The notes: generated by a model from the letters alone, not told the origin. Positions 37,367 through 47,502 are shown, counted from the stretch's first letter. The stretch: DNA of 64,000 nucleotides from Candidatus Latescibacterota bacterium (GCA_965261395.1 OZ253462.1:6400001-6464000), one strand, 5' to 3'. Numbers and translations are program-made.

Positions 37367-38829
37367 TCCACCTTGTGCGGATAGCTCCGCTCCCACCCCG
37401 CCGCACCGAACACCTTATTGGCCCACAGAGGGCCGCTTTCAGAGTCGTCCACCAAATTGTAGGCGTGCGAGGACTGCACGGAGCGCATAACTTCGCGCCA
37501 GAGCGCGGCGTCTAAGTGCCGGTATTCGGCTGCGTGCGAGGCGGATTCGGCGAGATTGTGCTGTTCTTGGGAATCTTCCTGTAAATCGAAAAGCCCGGTC
37601 GCGCCGTTGCCGTACTTCACCAGCTTGTGCCGCCCGTCGTAGGCCATCCAGCCGGACTGCAAGCCGCCGACGAGCATGTCGCGCGGAGAATCGCCGGCCA
37701 AGCCCAAGCCAGGCAGAGGCCTAGCGTCCATGTACTCCGGCACGCCGTGGCCAGACGCGGCCAGCAGGGTGGCGGTGACGTCCGTGAGGCAGACCAAATC
37801 GTCGCGCACCGCGCCGTCGGCACCGCCCGGCGGGCGCACTAGCATGGGCACGTGGCAGCTACCCTCGTAGAAATTGCCCTTGGCGTTTACTCCGTGATCC
37901 CCGACCAAGTCGCCGTGATCCGAGGCAAAGATGACGAGGGTGTTGTCGAGGCGACCGCTTTCCTCCAGCGCGGCGAGGATGCGGCCGACCTCGTGGTCTA
38001 TCTGCAAGATGAGCGCGGAGTAATGGGCGCGCACCTTGCGCTTCTGCTCCTCGGTGTAAGGGCCTTCGGTCTCTGGAGTCCATATCGGCACGCCCGGCCG
38101 AGGCCGGGGATGGATGCCCTCGCGGACATTGCGGTGGATGGGGTCGCCGGGGGCGGGGGCGGGAATTTTATCGACATCGACTTTGGCCAAAAACTCCGGC
38201 GTGGGGTCGTAGGGGTCGTGCGGGCCGGGAAAGCCCACTATGCAGGCGAAGGGCCGTTCGTCGTCGTACTCGCGGATGAAGCGCGCCGCCTCCTCGCCGA
38301 CGAAGTAATCCCAGTAGCAGTCCCAAGGCAAAAGCGACACGCAAGCACCGCGATTCTCGTCGTAGCCAGCGTGTTCCTTGCCCATGTACTTGCGGTGGCC
38401 GCGCTGTTGCAAATAGTGCCAGTAGTCGTCTTGGATGTTGACCCACACCTTGTCCTCGCAGGCGATGCGATGTTGGAAGCCAAAAGAGGCGTCCCAAGGA
38501 TAGAAGTGCATTTTGCCGATGGCCGAGGTGCAATAGCCGTAGTCGGTCAACATCTCCGCCCAAGTGCGGATGCCGCACGCAGCGTGGTCCGGGCGCAGGT
38601 AGTTGCCGTTGGTCAGCACGTGAGTTCGCCAAGCGTTGAGACCAGTAAGCAGCGAACAACGCGCCGGCACGCAGACCGGGTGCAAGCTATAGGCGCGGTC
38701 GTAGCGGATGCCCTCAGCAGCGATGCGGTCGATGTTGGGCGTGGAAATGTGGGGGGCACCATAGCAGCCGAGAAAGTCGTGGCGCATCTGGTCGGGCATG
38801 ATGAACAGCAAATTGGGTCGATCGCTCAT
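37363..38829 (-). CDS. Sulfatase (formylglycine-dependent, choline-sulfatase-like)
   Basis: RPNLLFIMPDQ, CVPARCSLLTG (CxPxR), GKMH, PHDPY, SDHG. Confidence 0.92.
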   Translation of the reverse strand: MSDRPNLLFIMPDQMRHDFLGCYGAPHISTPNIDRIAAEGIRYDRAYSLHPVCVPARCSLLTGLNAWRTHVLTNGNYLRPDHAACGIRTWAEMLTDYGYCTSAIGKMHFYPWDASFGFQHRIACEDKVWVNIQDDYWHYLQQRGHRKYMGKEHAGYDENRGACVSLLPWDCYWDYFVGEEAARFIREYDDERPFACIVGFPGPHDPYDPTPEFLAKVDVDKIPAPAPGDPIHRNVREGIHPRPRPGVPIWTPETEGPYTEEQKRKVRAHYSALILQIDHEVGRILAALEESGRLDNTLVIFASDHGDLVGDHGVNAKGNFYEGSCHVPMLVRPPGGADGAVRDDLVCLTDVTATLLAASGHGVPEYMDARPLPGLGLAGDSPRDMLVGGLQSGWMAYDGRHKLVKYGNGATGLFDLQEDSQEQHNLAESASHAAEYRHLDAALWREVMRSVQSSHAYNLVDDSESGPLWANKVFGAAGWERSYPHKVD

Positions 38830-38986
38830 AGTTGCATTCTCTTCTCTACGGCCTATCTGTTCGTTGAGATCCTCGGTTGACAACGGCGCGACGTGCGGAT
38901 CCATCGCTGTTGGGCAGGTGAGTGGATTTTCTGCCGGCGATCTACAAAGTAAAGGAGATCGGGCCGTTCATACAATGATGAGGCGG

Positions 38987-40381
38987 CTATGGTTTTGGCC
39001 GGGCGATGACCAGTCGTTTGAACAGGTCACCGCGCTCGGCGTAGCTGGAGAACTGATCGAAGCTGGCGCAGGCCGGCGAAAGCAACACCACGTCGCCGCT
39101 TTGGCCGAGCTGGCGGACCGCGTCCAAGGCCGCGGCAAGGTCGTCGCATTGGTGGATAAGCGAGCCGGCACCGGCTTGCTGTATGGCGGCGGCAAGGCGC
39201 GGAGCTTCTTGGCCGATGAGCAGGGCCGCGCGGACGTTGGCTGCGGCAATAGCGGTGCCCAAGGCACTAAAGTCGGCCCCTTTGGAAGCGCCACCCGCGA
39301 TCAGCAGCAGGGGCGCGTCAAAGGCGCGGATGGCAGCACAGGTCGCATCGACTGTCGTCGCCAGCGAGTCGTTGTAATAGGCCACGCCGTCGCGCTCGGC
39401 GACGTATTCGAGGCGGTGGGGCAGGCCCGCAAAGGAGCGAATGGCCTCGGCAAAATGGGTCGCTGGCGCACCAAAAGCCAAAGCACCGGCTACCGCGGCG
39501 GCGGCGTTGCTCCAGTTGTGCCGTCCCCGCAGAGGAATGTCGGCCACCGGACAAATGGCGATCGGCTGTGCCCCAGGGCAGCAAGCCCACAACTGGCCGT
39601 CGGCAATCCACGCACCCGGAGCGCTCGGAGCGGTTGTGCTAAAGGCCCAAAGGGTGGCTGGACTCTCTGCAGCAAAAGCCCGAGCCGTGGGACAGTCCCG
39701 ATTGACGACGAGGATATCGCCGGGCTTTTGGTAGCGACACACCGGCTTTTTAGCGGCGACGTATTCGGCGCGGTCGGCGTGGTAGTCGAGGTGGTCCTCG
39801 GTGATGGAGAGGACCACGGCGATGTGGGGGCTTTGGTCGAGGTCTTGCAATTGGAAGCTGGACAGCTCTAGGACCACGCGGTCGGTTGGCTGCAACTCGT
39901 CAATGAATTCGAGCGGCGGCAGGCCGATGTTGCCGCCGCTAAACACCCGGACCGCAGGATCTGTAGCTAAAAGCGCGTGCAATAGCGTGGTTGTGGTGCC
40001 TTTGCCCTTGGTGCCGGTGACGCCAAGCACTGGCGCGGGACATAGCTGTAAAAAAAGGCGGGTCTGGCTCGACACTTCGACGCCGCAACGGCGCGCAGCG
40101 CGCAGGCACGGGTCCAGCGTCGGCAGACCCGGCGTGCGGAACAGCAGGTCGAAGTCGATCAGGTCGTCGAGATAGCGGTCGCCGATGCGCCACTGTTGCA
40201 CGCCCTCCACCGGAGTGGCCGGGGCGCGGGCGTCGCACACGGAGAAGGGAATCTGGCGCGCATGGAGAAAGCGGGCCAGCGCGCGGTTTTCCACGCCGAG
40301 GCCGAGAAGGGCAATGCGCCGCTGGTGCAAGTGTTGGGTCGCGCTTGACTCTTTGGGGCCGGAGGATTTCTTTAGCGCCAT
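38987..40381 (-). CDS. murD: UDP-N-acetylmuramoyl-L-alanine:D-glutamate ligase
   Basis: GVTGTKGKGTT, GGNIG, ELSSFQL, DHLDYH, LPHRLE, YNDSLAT, LLSPACASFDQF...RGDLF. Confidence 0.95.
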   Translation of the reverse strand: MALKKSSGPKESSATQHLHQRRIALLGLGVENRALARFLHARQIPFSVCDARAPATPVEGVQQWRIGDRYLDDLIDFDLLFRTPGLPTLDPCLRAARRCGVEVSSQTRLFLQLCPAPVLGVTGTKGKGTTTTLLHALLATDPAVRVFSGGNIGLPPLEFIDELQPTDRVVLELSSFQLQDLDQSPHIAVVLSITEDHLDYHADRAEYVAAKKPVCRYQKPGDILVVNRDCPTARAFAAESPATLWAFSTTAPSAPGAWIADGQLWACCPGAQPIAICPVADIPLRGRHNWSNAAAAVAGALAFGAPATHFAEAIRSFAGLPHRLEYVAERDGVAYYNDSLATTVDATCAAIRAFDAPLLLIAGGASKGADFSALGTAIAAANVRAALLIGQEAPRLAAAIQQAGAGSLIHQCDDLAAALDAVRQLGQSGDVVLLSPACASFDQFSSYAERGDLFKRLVIARPKP

Positions 40382-40444
40382 TGAATTCGCAATACGCGCT
40401 TTAACTAAATTAGATAGCGAGAAGGTGCTGTGGCTGTAACAATT

Positions 40445-40807
40445 ATGCGTACGGTGCGGCCTAGTCCGCAATGGCAAGACAGCTTGATCCGGCTAGAGAA
40501 CGGCCAGCGGGTCGTCATCGACGCCGAGGAAACTTGGTCGCCGGACATGCGCAATCAAATCGCTTGGTGCGGTGCCGATGGCTTGTACAACCTGCCGGCT
40601 GGCGAGGGGTATCTCCTGCCGGGGGCCAATGTCGGTGCGCTCGTCGCCCGCATTGGCGACGACGGGCCGATCTTTGCCGTAGGTAGCCGCTGCGACTTTA
40701 TCGCCGACCGCGCGGGCATCCTGCATTTGGCCATGAATGAAAACCCGAGCTTCAACAACCAAGCCGGCAAAATCGTCGCCCAGATCATCGTCTTTGACTC
40801 GCGATGA
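40445..40807 (+). CDS. Small beta-sandwich protein, LecA/PA-IL-like
   Basis: WQDS..RL..GQ.V.I.A...W...GADG...GALVARIG...FAVG...G.LHLAMNE...NNQAG.I pattern; no signal peptide. Confidence 0.5.
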   Translation: MRTVRPSPQWQDSLIRLENGQRVVIDAEETWSPDMRNQIAWCGADGLYNLPAGEGYLLPGANVGALVARIGDDGPIFAVGSRCDFIADRAGILHLAMNENPSFNNQAGKIVAQIIVFDSR

Positions 40808-41850
40808 GCCTGACGGGCAAAGCGTATCTGCGCGCCCAAGTGCCGCAGATGCTCGCCGACCATCCGGCCGTCCGCGCGATCGCGCCGCTTGCGGATCAGG
40901 TTTGGCGCGTCGAAACCGCAGACGGCCGCAAGATCGTGGTCAAGTATCAGCTCTTTGGGTGGCTAACGCAGGGTAGGGCTTACGATCTGTTGGAGGTCGA
41001 GCGCGACGTGCTCGGCCTCTTGCACAGAGCGGGTTGCCCGGTGCCGGCCGTGCTGGGCATCGATCAGGAGGCGCACTGCATTTTTTTACAATGGGTCGGC
41101 GATCGCACCCTCGACGACGCCATTCAGGACGGAGATCAAGCGACGACAACGCAGGCTATACGCGGGCTGTGCGCCATTGAGCGAGCGTGCGCCCAACGCG
41201 CCGACCAGCTAGCGCCGAGGGTAGTGCCGAGCGCCAACCGCGCAGCCCTAGCCACCGCCTGGGATGAGGCGGGAACGCGGGCGCACGCTGGAATCGAGCA
41301 GCTATGCAGCCGTCTCCAGCGGTCCTTAGACGCTGGGATGCGACCGCTAATCGCCGCCATGCACGGTTGGCTGGCGGCGCGGCCGGCCGCGCTGGGCAGC
41401 GTAGATTACAACGCGCGCAACGCAGTAGTCGAGCCGGGGGGAACGCGCGTTTACTTCCTCGAATTTGCCAAGATCGGTTGGGACTGGACGGAAAGGCGCT
41501 TGACGCAGTATACTTCTAGTATGGGTAGCGGCCGGCAGAACGGGCGCATGTGCTCGCTGCTGGACGCGCCCGCAGCGCGTTTGTACGCCGAGGAGTCTGG
41601 GCGCAGCGACGGCGCACGCGCACTCGATTATCACCGAATTTTTTTTCTTTTAAACAGCGCGGCCCTGTTGTGCGCGGCCCTCGACGGCGAGCCGCACGCA
41701 CTGGCCCTGCGCCAACACTGGAAAAGGCCCCTTGCGCGGCTGCGGCAATGCGCGGCCATGTTGGCCCAGGGCTTGAGCACAGACCCAAGTGCAGCCGAGT
41801 TCAGAAGCCGGTTGCAATTTTGTATATCACCACGCGGAGGTACCCTATGA
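40804..41850 (+). CDS. Phosphotransferase/kinase-like protein (APH family, atypical catalytic motifs)
   Basis: IVVKY, EVERDVL..L..AGCPVP, GSVDYNARN (HGD..N-like), FLEFAK (DFE-like with E). Confidence 0.6.
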   Translation: MSLTGKAYLRAQVPQMLADHPAVRAIAPLADQVWRVETADGRKIVVKYQLFGWLTQGRAYDLLEVERDVLGLLHRAGCPVPAVLGIDQEAHCIFLQWVGDRTLDDAIQDGDQATTTQAIRGLCAIERACAQRADQLAPRVVPSANRAALATAWDEAGTRAHAGIEQLCSRLQRSLDAGMRPLIAAMHGWLAARPAALGSVDYNARNAVVEPGGTRVYFLEFAKIGWDWTERRLTQYTSSMGSGRQNGRMCSLLDAPAARLYAEESGRSDGARALDYHRIFFLLNSAALLCAALDGEPHALALRQHWKRPLARLRQCAAMLAQGLSTDPSAAEFRSRLQFCISPRGGTL

Positions 41851-42113
41851 GCGAGTGGAACACGCTCGACTTCAAGCCCCGGGCCCGAGGAATGATCATC
41901 GGCGATATTCCCTGGCTGGCGCGCATCGCCGACAAGGCGCGGGCGCACCAACAGCAACGCATCGGCGACTACGTATTTCCCTGACCAGCCGACAAGCACT
42001 TCCTGGAGGAAGTGGAGCTGACAGCCGCAGCATTCGAGGAGATGGTGGCCTCGTCCGCAGACGACGATGCGCTGATCGAAAAGATGAAAGCGCACTTGGC
42101 CAGAAAGCACTAG
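41847..42113 (+). CDS. DUF5069-like selenoprotein candidate, 88 aa (in-frame UGA at 41982-41984)
   Basis: MSEWNTLDFKPRARGMIIGDIPWLARIADKARAHQQQRIGDYVFP-U-PADKHFLEEVELTAAAFEEMVASSADDDALIEKMKAHLARKH*. GGAGG RBS, ATGA overlap with the upstream gene, and TAG 1 nt before the next ATG. Confidence 0.82.
41986..42020 (+). promoter_or_regulatory. Bacterial SECIS-like hairpin
   Basis: CAGC...CACTTCC-TGGA-GGAAGTG..GCTG; the loop starts 19 nt after the UGA with G at position 2. Confidence 0.7.
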
Positions 42114-42114
42114 C

Positions 42115-43002
42115 ATGAGTACTTCAGCGCAAACAACACGCACGCCAAGGCGGCGAGTCCGGGAACTGGAGGTAGAAGTCGTCCAAGCACGTCGCGACAC
42201 CCCAGACACCACCACGCTCTTTATGTCCACTGGCGACGAGCCGACCGAATACGAGGCCGGCCACTTCTGCACCATCGATCCTCACCAGTTCGGCGAGTTG
42301 GAGCACTTCACCGCCTACTTAGAAGATCAAAAGGGGCAGCGGGAAAAGCCGCGGGCCTATTCCATGGCCTCTGCACCGCACGAACAACACCTCGCCATCA
42401 CCATCAAAGAGGAGCGCTACGAGAGCGGCGAGACGCCGTACCCGCCGCTGCTATCGCCGCTCTTGACGTACTACATCCAAGAGGGCCGGCGGCTGGTCAT
42501 CAGCGGTTTTACCGGGGCGTACACCTTTCCCGCCGATGTCTACGAGCGCACCGAGCACATTGTCCACGTGTGCGCTGGCAGCGGCATCGTGCCCAACAGG
42601 AGCCTGATCAAGGAAAGCCTGCACCGCGGCGATCCGCTCCGGCACACCTTGCTGTTTAGCAACAAGACGCGCGGCGACGTCATTTACTTCGAGGAATTCG
42701 AGGTGCTGCGGGAGCAGTACCCCGACCGGCTCGACGTGATCCACTGCATCACCCGCGAAGACCCGGCCGGCATCCGCGGCGCCCGCAACGGGCGTATCTC
42801 CGAGGAGCTTTTGCGCGAAGTCGCACCCAATCCCTCCAAGGTGATGGCCTACAGCTGCGGCCCGGGCATCACGCCCTACGAGCGCCGAGCGGCCCGGGCT
42901 AAGGGCGAGACTCCCGAGCCGCGCTTCGTCGAAAACATGGTCGCGCTCTTGCAGGAGCACGGGCTGGACAAGAAGCAGATCCGGCAGGAAAGCTGGGGGT
43001 GA
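42115..43002 (+). CDS. FAD/NAD(P)-binding oxidoreductase (ferredoxin-reductase fold)
   Basis: RAYSMAS, CAGSGIVP, LLFSNKT, YSCGP, C-terminal ESWG. Confidence 0.88.
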   Translation: MSTSAQTTRTPRRRVRELEVEVVQARRDTPDTTTLFMSTGDEPTEYEAGHFCTIDPHQFGELEHFTAYLEDQKGQREKPRAYSMASAPHEQHLAITIKEERYESGETPYPPLLSPLLTYYIQEGRRLVISGFTGAYTFPADVYERTEHIVHVCAGSGIVPNRSLIKESLHRGDPLRHTLLFSNKTRGDVIYFEEFEVLREQYPDRLDVIHCITREDPAGIRGARNGRISEELLREVAPNPSKVMAYSCGPGITPYERRAARAKGETPEPRFVENMVALLQEHGLDKKQIRQESWG

Positions 43003-43959
43003 ATGAAGTTAATCGTGCAGATTCCCTGCTTTGACGAAGAGCAAACCCTGCCCGCTGTAATCCGCGACATCCCGCGCCAAGTGCCCGGCATTGACCAGGT
43101 CGAAATTTTGGTCATCGACGACGGCTCTAACGACCTCACCAGCGAGGTGGCGCGTGAATGCGGCGCGGATCACGTAATTCGCTTCCCGCACAACCGAGGA
43201 CTGGGCCAAGCCTTTAAGGCCGGTTTTGACGCTTGTCTGCGGCTGGGGGCCGACATTATCGTCAACACCGACGGCGACAACCAGTACTACGGCGGCGATA
43301 TCGGCAAGCTAGTCGCGCCCATCCTCTGCGGCCGGGCCGACATGGTCATCGGCGACCGGCAGACACAGGCCATTGCCCATTTCTCCGCCCTCAAGCGCTA
43401 CCTACAGAGCTTGGGCAGTCGGGTGATTAGCCGCCTCGCCGGCTTACAGGTACCGGATGTGGCCAGCGGCTTTCGCGCCTTTAGCCGCGAGTGCGCGCTT
43501 CAGCTTTCGACCTTTACCAACTTCGACCACACGGCCGAGCACGTGATCGAGGCCGGATACAGGAATTTGGCCGTGACCTCTGTCGCGGTCCGCACCAACC
43601 CCAAGACGCGCGAGTCGCGCCTCTTTTCCAACATCGGCAAGTTCGTCTTCAAATCCGGGGAGATCAGTTTGCGCACCTATGCGCGCTACGCCGCGCTCAA
43701 GGTATTCGCCCTATGCGGCATTTTGACCTTTGTCGCCGGCTTTTGCCTCGGCGTGCGCTTTCTCTACTTCTTCTTTTTTACCGACGAAGGGATGCTGCAC
43801 GTGCAGTCGCTTATTTTGGCGGCAATTCTGCTGTTGGCCGGGTTTCAGATGTTTCTCACCGGCGTCATAGCCGATTTGATCGCCACCAATAGGGACTTGC
43901 TCGAAGATGCGTTGCAGCGGGTCAAGAAGTTGGAATTGCGCGATACGAGCAAAACATAA
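43003..43959 (+). CDS. Glycosyltransferase family 2 (polyprenol-phosphate sugar synthase-like)
   Basis: QIPCFDEE, IDDGS, NRGLG, NTDGDNQY, SGFRAFSR and two C-terminal TM helices. Confidence 0.92.
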   Translation: MKLIVQIPCFDEEQTLPAVIRDIPRQVPGIDQVEILVIDDGSNDLTSEVARECGADHVIRFPHNRGLGQAFKAGFDACLRLGADIIVNTDGDNQYYGGDIGKLVAPILCGRADMVIGDRQTQAIAHFSALKRYLQSLGSRVISRLAGLQVPDVASGFRAFSRECALQLSTFTNFDHTAEHVIEAGYRNLAVTSVAVRTNPKTRESRLFSNIGKFVFKSGEISLRTYARYAALKVFALCGILTFVAGFCLGVRFLYFFFFTDEGMLHVQSLILAAILLLAGFQMFLTGVIADLIATNRDLLEDALQRVKKLELRDTSKT

Positions 43960-43967
43960 TTTCCCAG

Positions 43968-44915
43968 ATGAAAAAACCTGCGGTTTACCTAGACGGCCAA
44001 GAGGGGACCACCGGGCTGCGCATTCGCCAGATGCTAACCGGGCGCGAGGATGTGGAGGTGTTGCTCATTCCACCGGAACATCGTCGGGACCAACGCGCTC
44101 GGGCCGAGTTTCTCAACCGCGCGGACTTGTGCGTACTCTGCCTGCCCGACGACGCGGCAGCCGAGGCCCTCGCCCTGCTCGACAACCCGCAGACCAAGGT
44201 CATCGATACGAGTACGGCGCGGCGGGTCCACTCCGAGTGGGTCTACGGGCTGCCCGAGATTTCACCCGCGCACAAAGAGCGGATTCGCCGCGCGCAGAGA
44301 GTCGCCAATTGCGGTTGCTATCCCGTCGGCTTCATCCTCGCCGTGCGGCCCCTCATCTCGCAGGGGCTGCTCCTGCCCACCGCACCGCTGGCCATCAACG
44401 CAGTGTCCGGCTATTCCGGTGGGGGACGCCAGATGATCGCCGAATACGAAGGGGAGGGCGACCACAAGCCTTTCTGCCTGTACGGCCTCGACGGCGACCA
44501 CAAGCACCTGCCCGAGATATGGAAATTCAGCGGGTGCGACAAGCAGCCGCTCTTTGTGCCGTCCGTCGATCATTCGTTCTGCGGCATGGTCGTCAGCACG
44601 CCGGTGCCCACGGAATTTTTCGCCCGTCCCCACGTCAATCGCGAAGCCGTGTACGAGGTTTGGCGCGAGTACTACGCGGACTGTCCCTTTGTGAAGTTGG
44701 TCGCGCCTCAAACCGCTGTACTGCGCGACGACAAGTTCCTCGACCTAACGGGGTTGAGCCATACCAACTTCGTCGAGCTATCGGTCTGGGGCGACCCAGA
44801 GCAGGGGTTGGTTTTGGTCGGGCGGCTCGACAATCTCGGCAAAGGAGCGTCGGGCAATGCCGTGCAGTGCCTCAACTTGATGCTCGGCTGCGACGAGACC
44901 GCAGGGCTAGGCTAG
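43968..44915 (+). CDS. argC: N-acetyl-gamma-glutamyl-phosphate reductase (short/uncommon form)
   Basis: DGQEGTTGLRI, LCLPDDAA, IDTSTARR, VANCGCYP, VSGYSGGG, LDNLGKGASGNAVQ. Confidence 0.93.
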   Translation: MKKPAVYLDGQEGTTGLRIRQMLTGREDVEVLLIPPEHRRDQRARAEFLNRADLCVLCLPDDAAAEALALLDNPQTKVIDTSTARRVHSEWVYGLPEISPAHKERIRRAQRVANCGCYPVGFILAVRPLISQGLLLPTAPLAINAVSGYSGGGRQMIAEYEGEGDHKPFCLYGLDGDHKHLPEIWKFSGCDKQPLFVPSVDHSFCGMVVSTPVPTEFFARPHVNREAVYEVWREYYADCPFVKLVAPQTAVLRDDKFLDLTGLSHTNFVELSVWGDPEQGLVLVGRLDNLGKGASGNAVQCLNLMLGCDETAGLG

Positions 44916-45665
44916 ATGCTCGTCGATAGCCACTGTCATCTCGACCAATTCGCCGATGCCGACGCCGTGCTTGCGGCAGCCGCACAGGCCGGGGTGGGGC
45001 AGGTCGTCGCCGTCAGCGAAAGTGCCAGCTCCATGCGCACAGTGCTCGCGCTCAAGCGGCAGCACCCAGACCAAGTGCTGGCCGGGCTGGGCTTGCATCC
45101 AGCATGGGTCACCCAAGCCACAGATGCAGAGCTCGCAGACGCACTCGCTTATCTGGCCGTGCATCTGCCCGAAGCCGATGTCCTCGGCGAGGTCGGCCTC
45201 GACTACAAATGGGCGACCAGCCCGGAGCAGCAGGCCCAGCAGCAGGACGTCCTCGCGCAGCAGTTCGACCTCGCGGCCCAGTGCGGCAAGCCGATCAACC
45301 TGCACTCGCGCCGCGCCCAGCGACAGACCTTGGAACAAGCCGTGGAATTTCGCCGCCGCACCCAGCTCAACGCCCAGCTACACTGGTTCACCCAATCCAA
45401 AAAACTCGTGCGGATATGCCGTGCAGAGCGGATTTACGTGTCCGTCGGTCCGTCCGTTCTGGGCGACCCGCAGACCCAAGCCGTGGTCGCGGAGATCGAC
45501 CGCGAGTTGCTGCTGTTGGAGACGGACGCGCCCGTGCCCATCGACGGGGTCCCAGGCCATCCAGTGCGGGTGGCAGCAGTTGCCGCAAAACTAGCCGAAC
45601 TAACCGGGTTCACCGAGGAGGAGGCCGCGGCCAATTGGGCGCGCTATTTGGGCAAACTGCCGTGA
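44916..45665 (+). CDS. tatD: TatD-family hydrolase
   Basis: DSHCHL, GLHP, GEVGLDY, LHSR, LHWF, LLLETDAP. Confidence 0.9.
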   Translation: MLVDSHCHLDQFADADAVLAAAAQAGVGQVVAVSESASSMRTVLALKRQHPDQVLAGLGLHPAWVTQATDAELADALAYLAVHLPEADVLGEVGLDYKWATSPEQQAQQQDVLAQQFDLAAQCGKPINLHSRRAQRQTLEQAVEFRRRTQLNAQLHWFTQSKKLVRICRAERIYVSVGPSVLGDPQTQAVVAEIDRELLLLETDAPVPIDGVPGHPVRVAAVAAKLAELTGFTEEEAAANWARYLGKLP

Positions 45666-45720
45666 AAACATCGACATTATGGGAAATACTATTAGCGCAA
45701 TTAGGCAAACAGGAGGAACC

Positions 45721-47475
45721 ATGCCAACGAGCATTTTTGTCCTTGCTTTCGCCCTCGTCTTTTGCGGGCTAGCAGGGCCAGCAAGCGCCCAACAAGGCCT
45801 AGGCAGCTTAGAAAGTCTGATCAAGCGAGGCGAAAAAGAAGTCAGACCACAGGCCCTTTCCGCGTCCGACCTACCGGACCTAAATCAGGATTTGATCTCC
45901 GATAAGGCGCGCCTGCCCGGCAGCTTAAGCGCGGATAAGACGCGCATCGGTCAGGATCGCGATATAGACCCAGACGCGTACATCGTCGGCCCTAACGACG
46001 TACTTCAGCTTTACATCTGGGGCGAATTTGACCAGCCCTACACCTTGCAGGTCAATCCAGAGGGCAATGTCCTCATCCCCACCGTCGGCTCGTTTCACAC
46101 TTCGGGCCTATCGCTGACCGCGGCCAAAGAGCGCCTCTCGACCGCAGTCCAAAACAAATATCCTAACGTGGACATCAGCATCTCCCTCGTGAGTATGCGC
46201 TTCTTCACCGCGTACGTCACCGGCGCAGTGCTGAACGAGGGCAGCTTCACTATCCATCCGACTACGCGAGTTTTAGATATAATCAAACAGGCTGGCGGCT
46301 TTGAGAACCGATTGCAACGGATCGCGTTGCCGGATCAAGATGCCGGTGGAGCCACTAACCGCAACACAGGCCGGCGCTCCATCCAACTAATCCACCGCGA
46401 CGGCACCAGCGAGCGCGTGGATCTCGATATGTTCCTCGCCACCGGCAACCTCGTGCACAATCCCTACGTGCGCATGGGCGACGTGGTCCACGTCTCGTTT
46501 CGCAAGCATTCGGTGTCCATCTTCGGCGCGGTCAATGAAGAGGGCGAATACGAGTTCCTACCCGGGGATACCCTCGGCGACCTAGTGACATTGGCCAAGG
46601 GTTTGAACCGCTCCAAGCCGCTGATCAGTGCCGAACTCTGGCGCTTTCAGGAGGGCAGCGAGCAGGCCGAAGTCATTGAGCTAGGCAGCGCCAAAGAGAC
46701 GCTGGAGGAACTGAACTACGAGACCATCCGCCACATTGAGCTGCGCCCCAACGACGCGATCTTTATCCGCGCGCAATCGCTGTGGCAGTCCACGCACACG
46801 GTCGTGATCTCTGGCGAGGTCAGGTTCCAAGGCCCCTACCGCATCGAACCCGGCATTACCCGCATCAAGGACGTGGTGGCCGCGGCCGGCGGCCTAACCG
46901 ATGAGGCGTCTCTCATCGGTGCCCGAGTAATCCGCACCAAGGTACGGGCCGAGAAAGACCCGCAGCTAGAGCAGCTAAAGAGACAGAGCGAGGTGGCAGG
47001 CCTCACCTACATGAACATCGAGGATCGGGCTTATCTCAAGACCAAAACCCGCGAAGAAAAGGGGCGGATCGCAGTCGATTTCGAGCGGTTGTTTGTGGAT
47101 GGTGACGAGGGGCAAAACATCTTACTCGCCAGCGGCGATGTGATCTTTTTCCCCTTGCAGCGGCACACTATTAGCGTCAGTGGCCAAGTGCAACGAGCCG
47201 GGCTGATCGACTACGAGCCAGGCCGCAAAGTGCGCTACTACATAACCAAGGCCGGCGGGTACTTGTACGACGCCGACAAACGCAATGCCCGCCTAGTCCG
47301 AGCGCGCACTGGCGTCCGCGAGAAACTCAAAGACAACCTGCTAGTCGAGGTCGGCGACGAAATATGGATACCCCAGAAGGAGCGCATCGACTACTGGGCA
47401 TTCACCCAGGAAACTATTCCCACCGTCTTCAATATCCTGACCCTCGCGGCCTTGTTGAAGGGGGCTTTTTTTTAG
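45721..47475 (+). CDS. Polysaccharide export protein with SLBB repeats (Wza/KpsD-like)
   Basis: Signal peptide, YIVGPNDVL.L.IWG, repeated V.V.GAV..G / AGG SLBB units; AGGAGG RBS. Confidence 0.85.
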   Translation: MPTSIFVLAFALVFCGLAGPASAQQGLGSLESLIKRGEKEVRPQALSASDLPDLNQDLISDKARLPGSLSADKTRIGQDRDIDPDAYIVGPNDVLQLYIWGEFDQPYTLQVNPEGNVLIPTVGSFHTSGLSLTAAKERLSTAVQNKYPNVDISISLVSMRFFTAYVTGAVLNEGSFTIHPTTRVLDIIKQAGGFENRLQRIALPDQDAGGATNRNTGRRSIQLIHRDGTSERVDLDMFLATGNLVHNPYVRMGDVVHVSFRKHSVSIFGAVNEEGEYEFLPGDTLGDLVTLAKGLNRSKPLISAELWRFQEGSEQAEVIELGSAKETLEELNYETIRHIELRPNDAIFIRAQSLWQSTHTVVISGEVRFQGPYRIEPGITRIKDVVAAAGGLTDEASLIGARVIRTKVRAEKDPQLEQLKRQSEVAGLTYMNIEDRAYLKTKTREEKGRIAVDFERLFVDGDEGQNILLASGDVIFFPLQRHTISVSGQVQRAGLIDYEPGRKVRYYITKAGGYLYDADKRNARLVRARTGVREKLKDNLLVEVGDEIWIPQKERIDYWAFTQETIPTVFNILTLAALLKGAFF

Positions 47476-47502
47476 AACAAGGATCTCAAGGAGCACTACT
47501 TG

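Noticed and set aside
33701-41984. Alternative genetic code (UGA = Trp/Gly) explaining the two in-frame TGAs
   Set aside because: TGA terminates many genes in the window (cysH, dut, permeases). Both cases fall at Cys-type positions and have SECIS-like hairpins.
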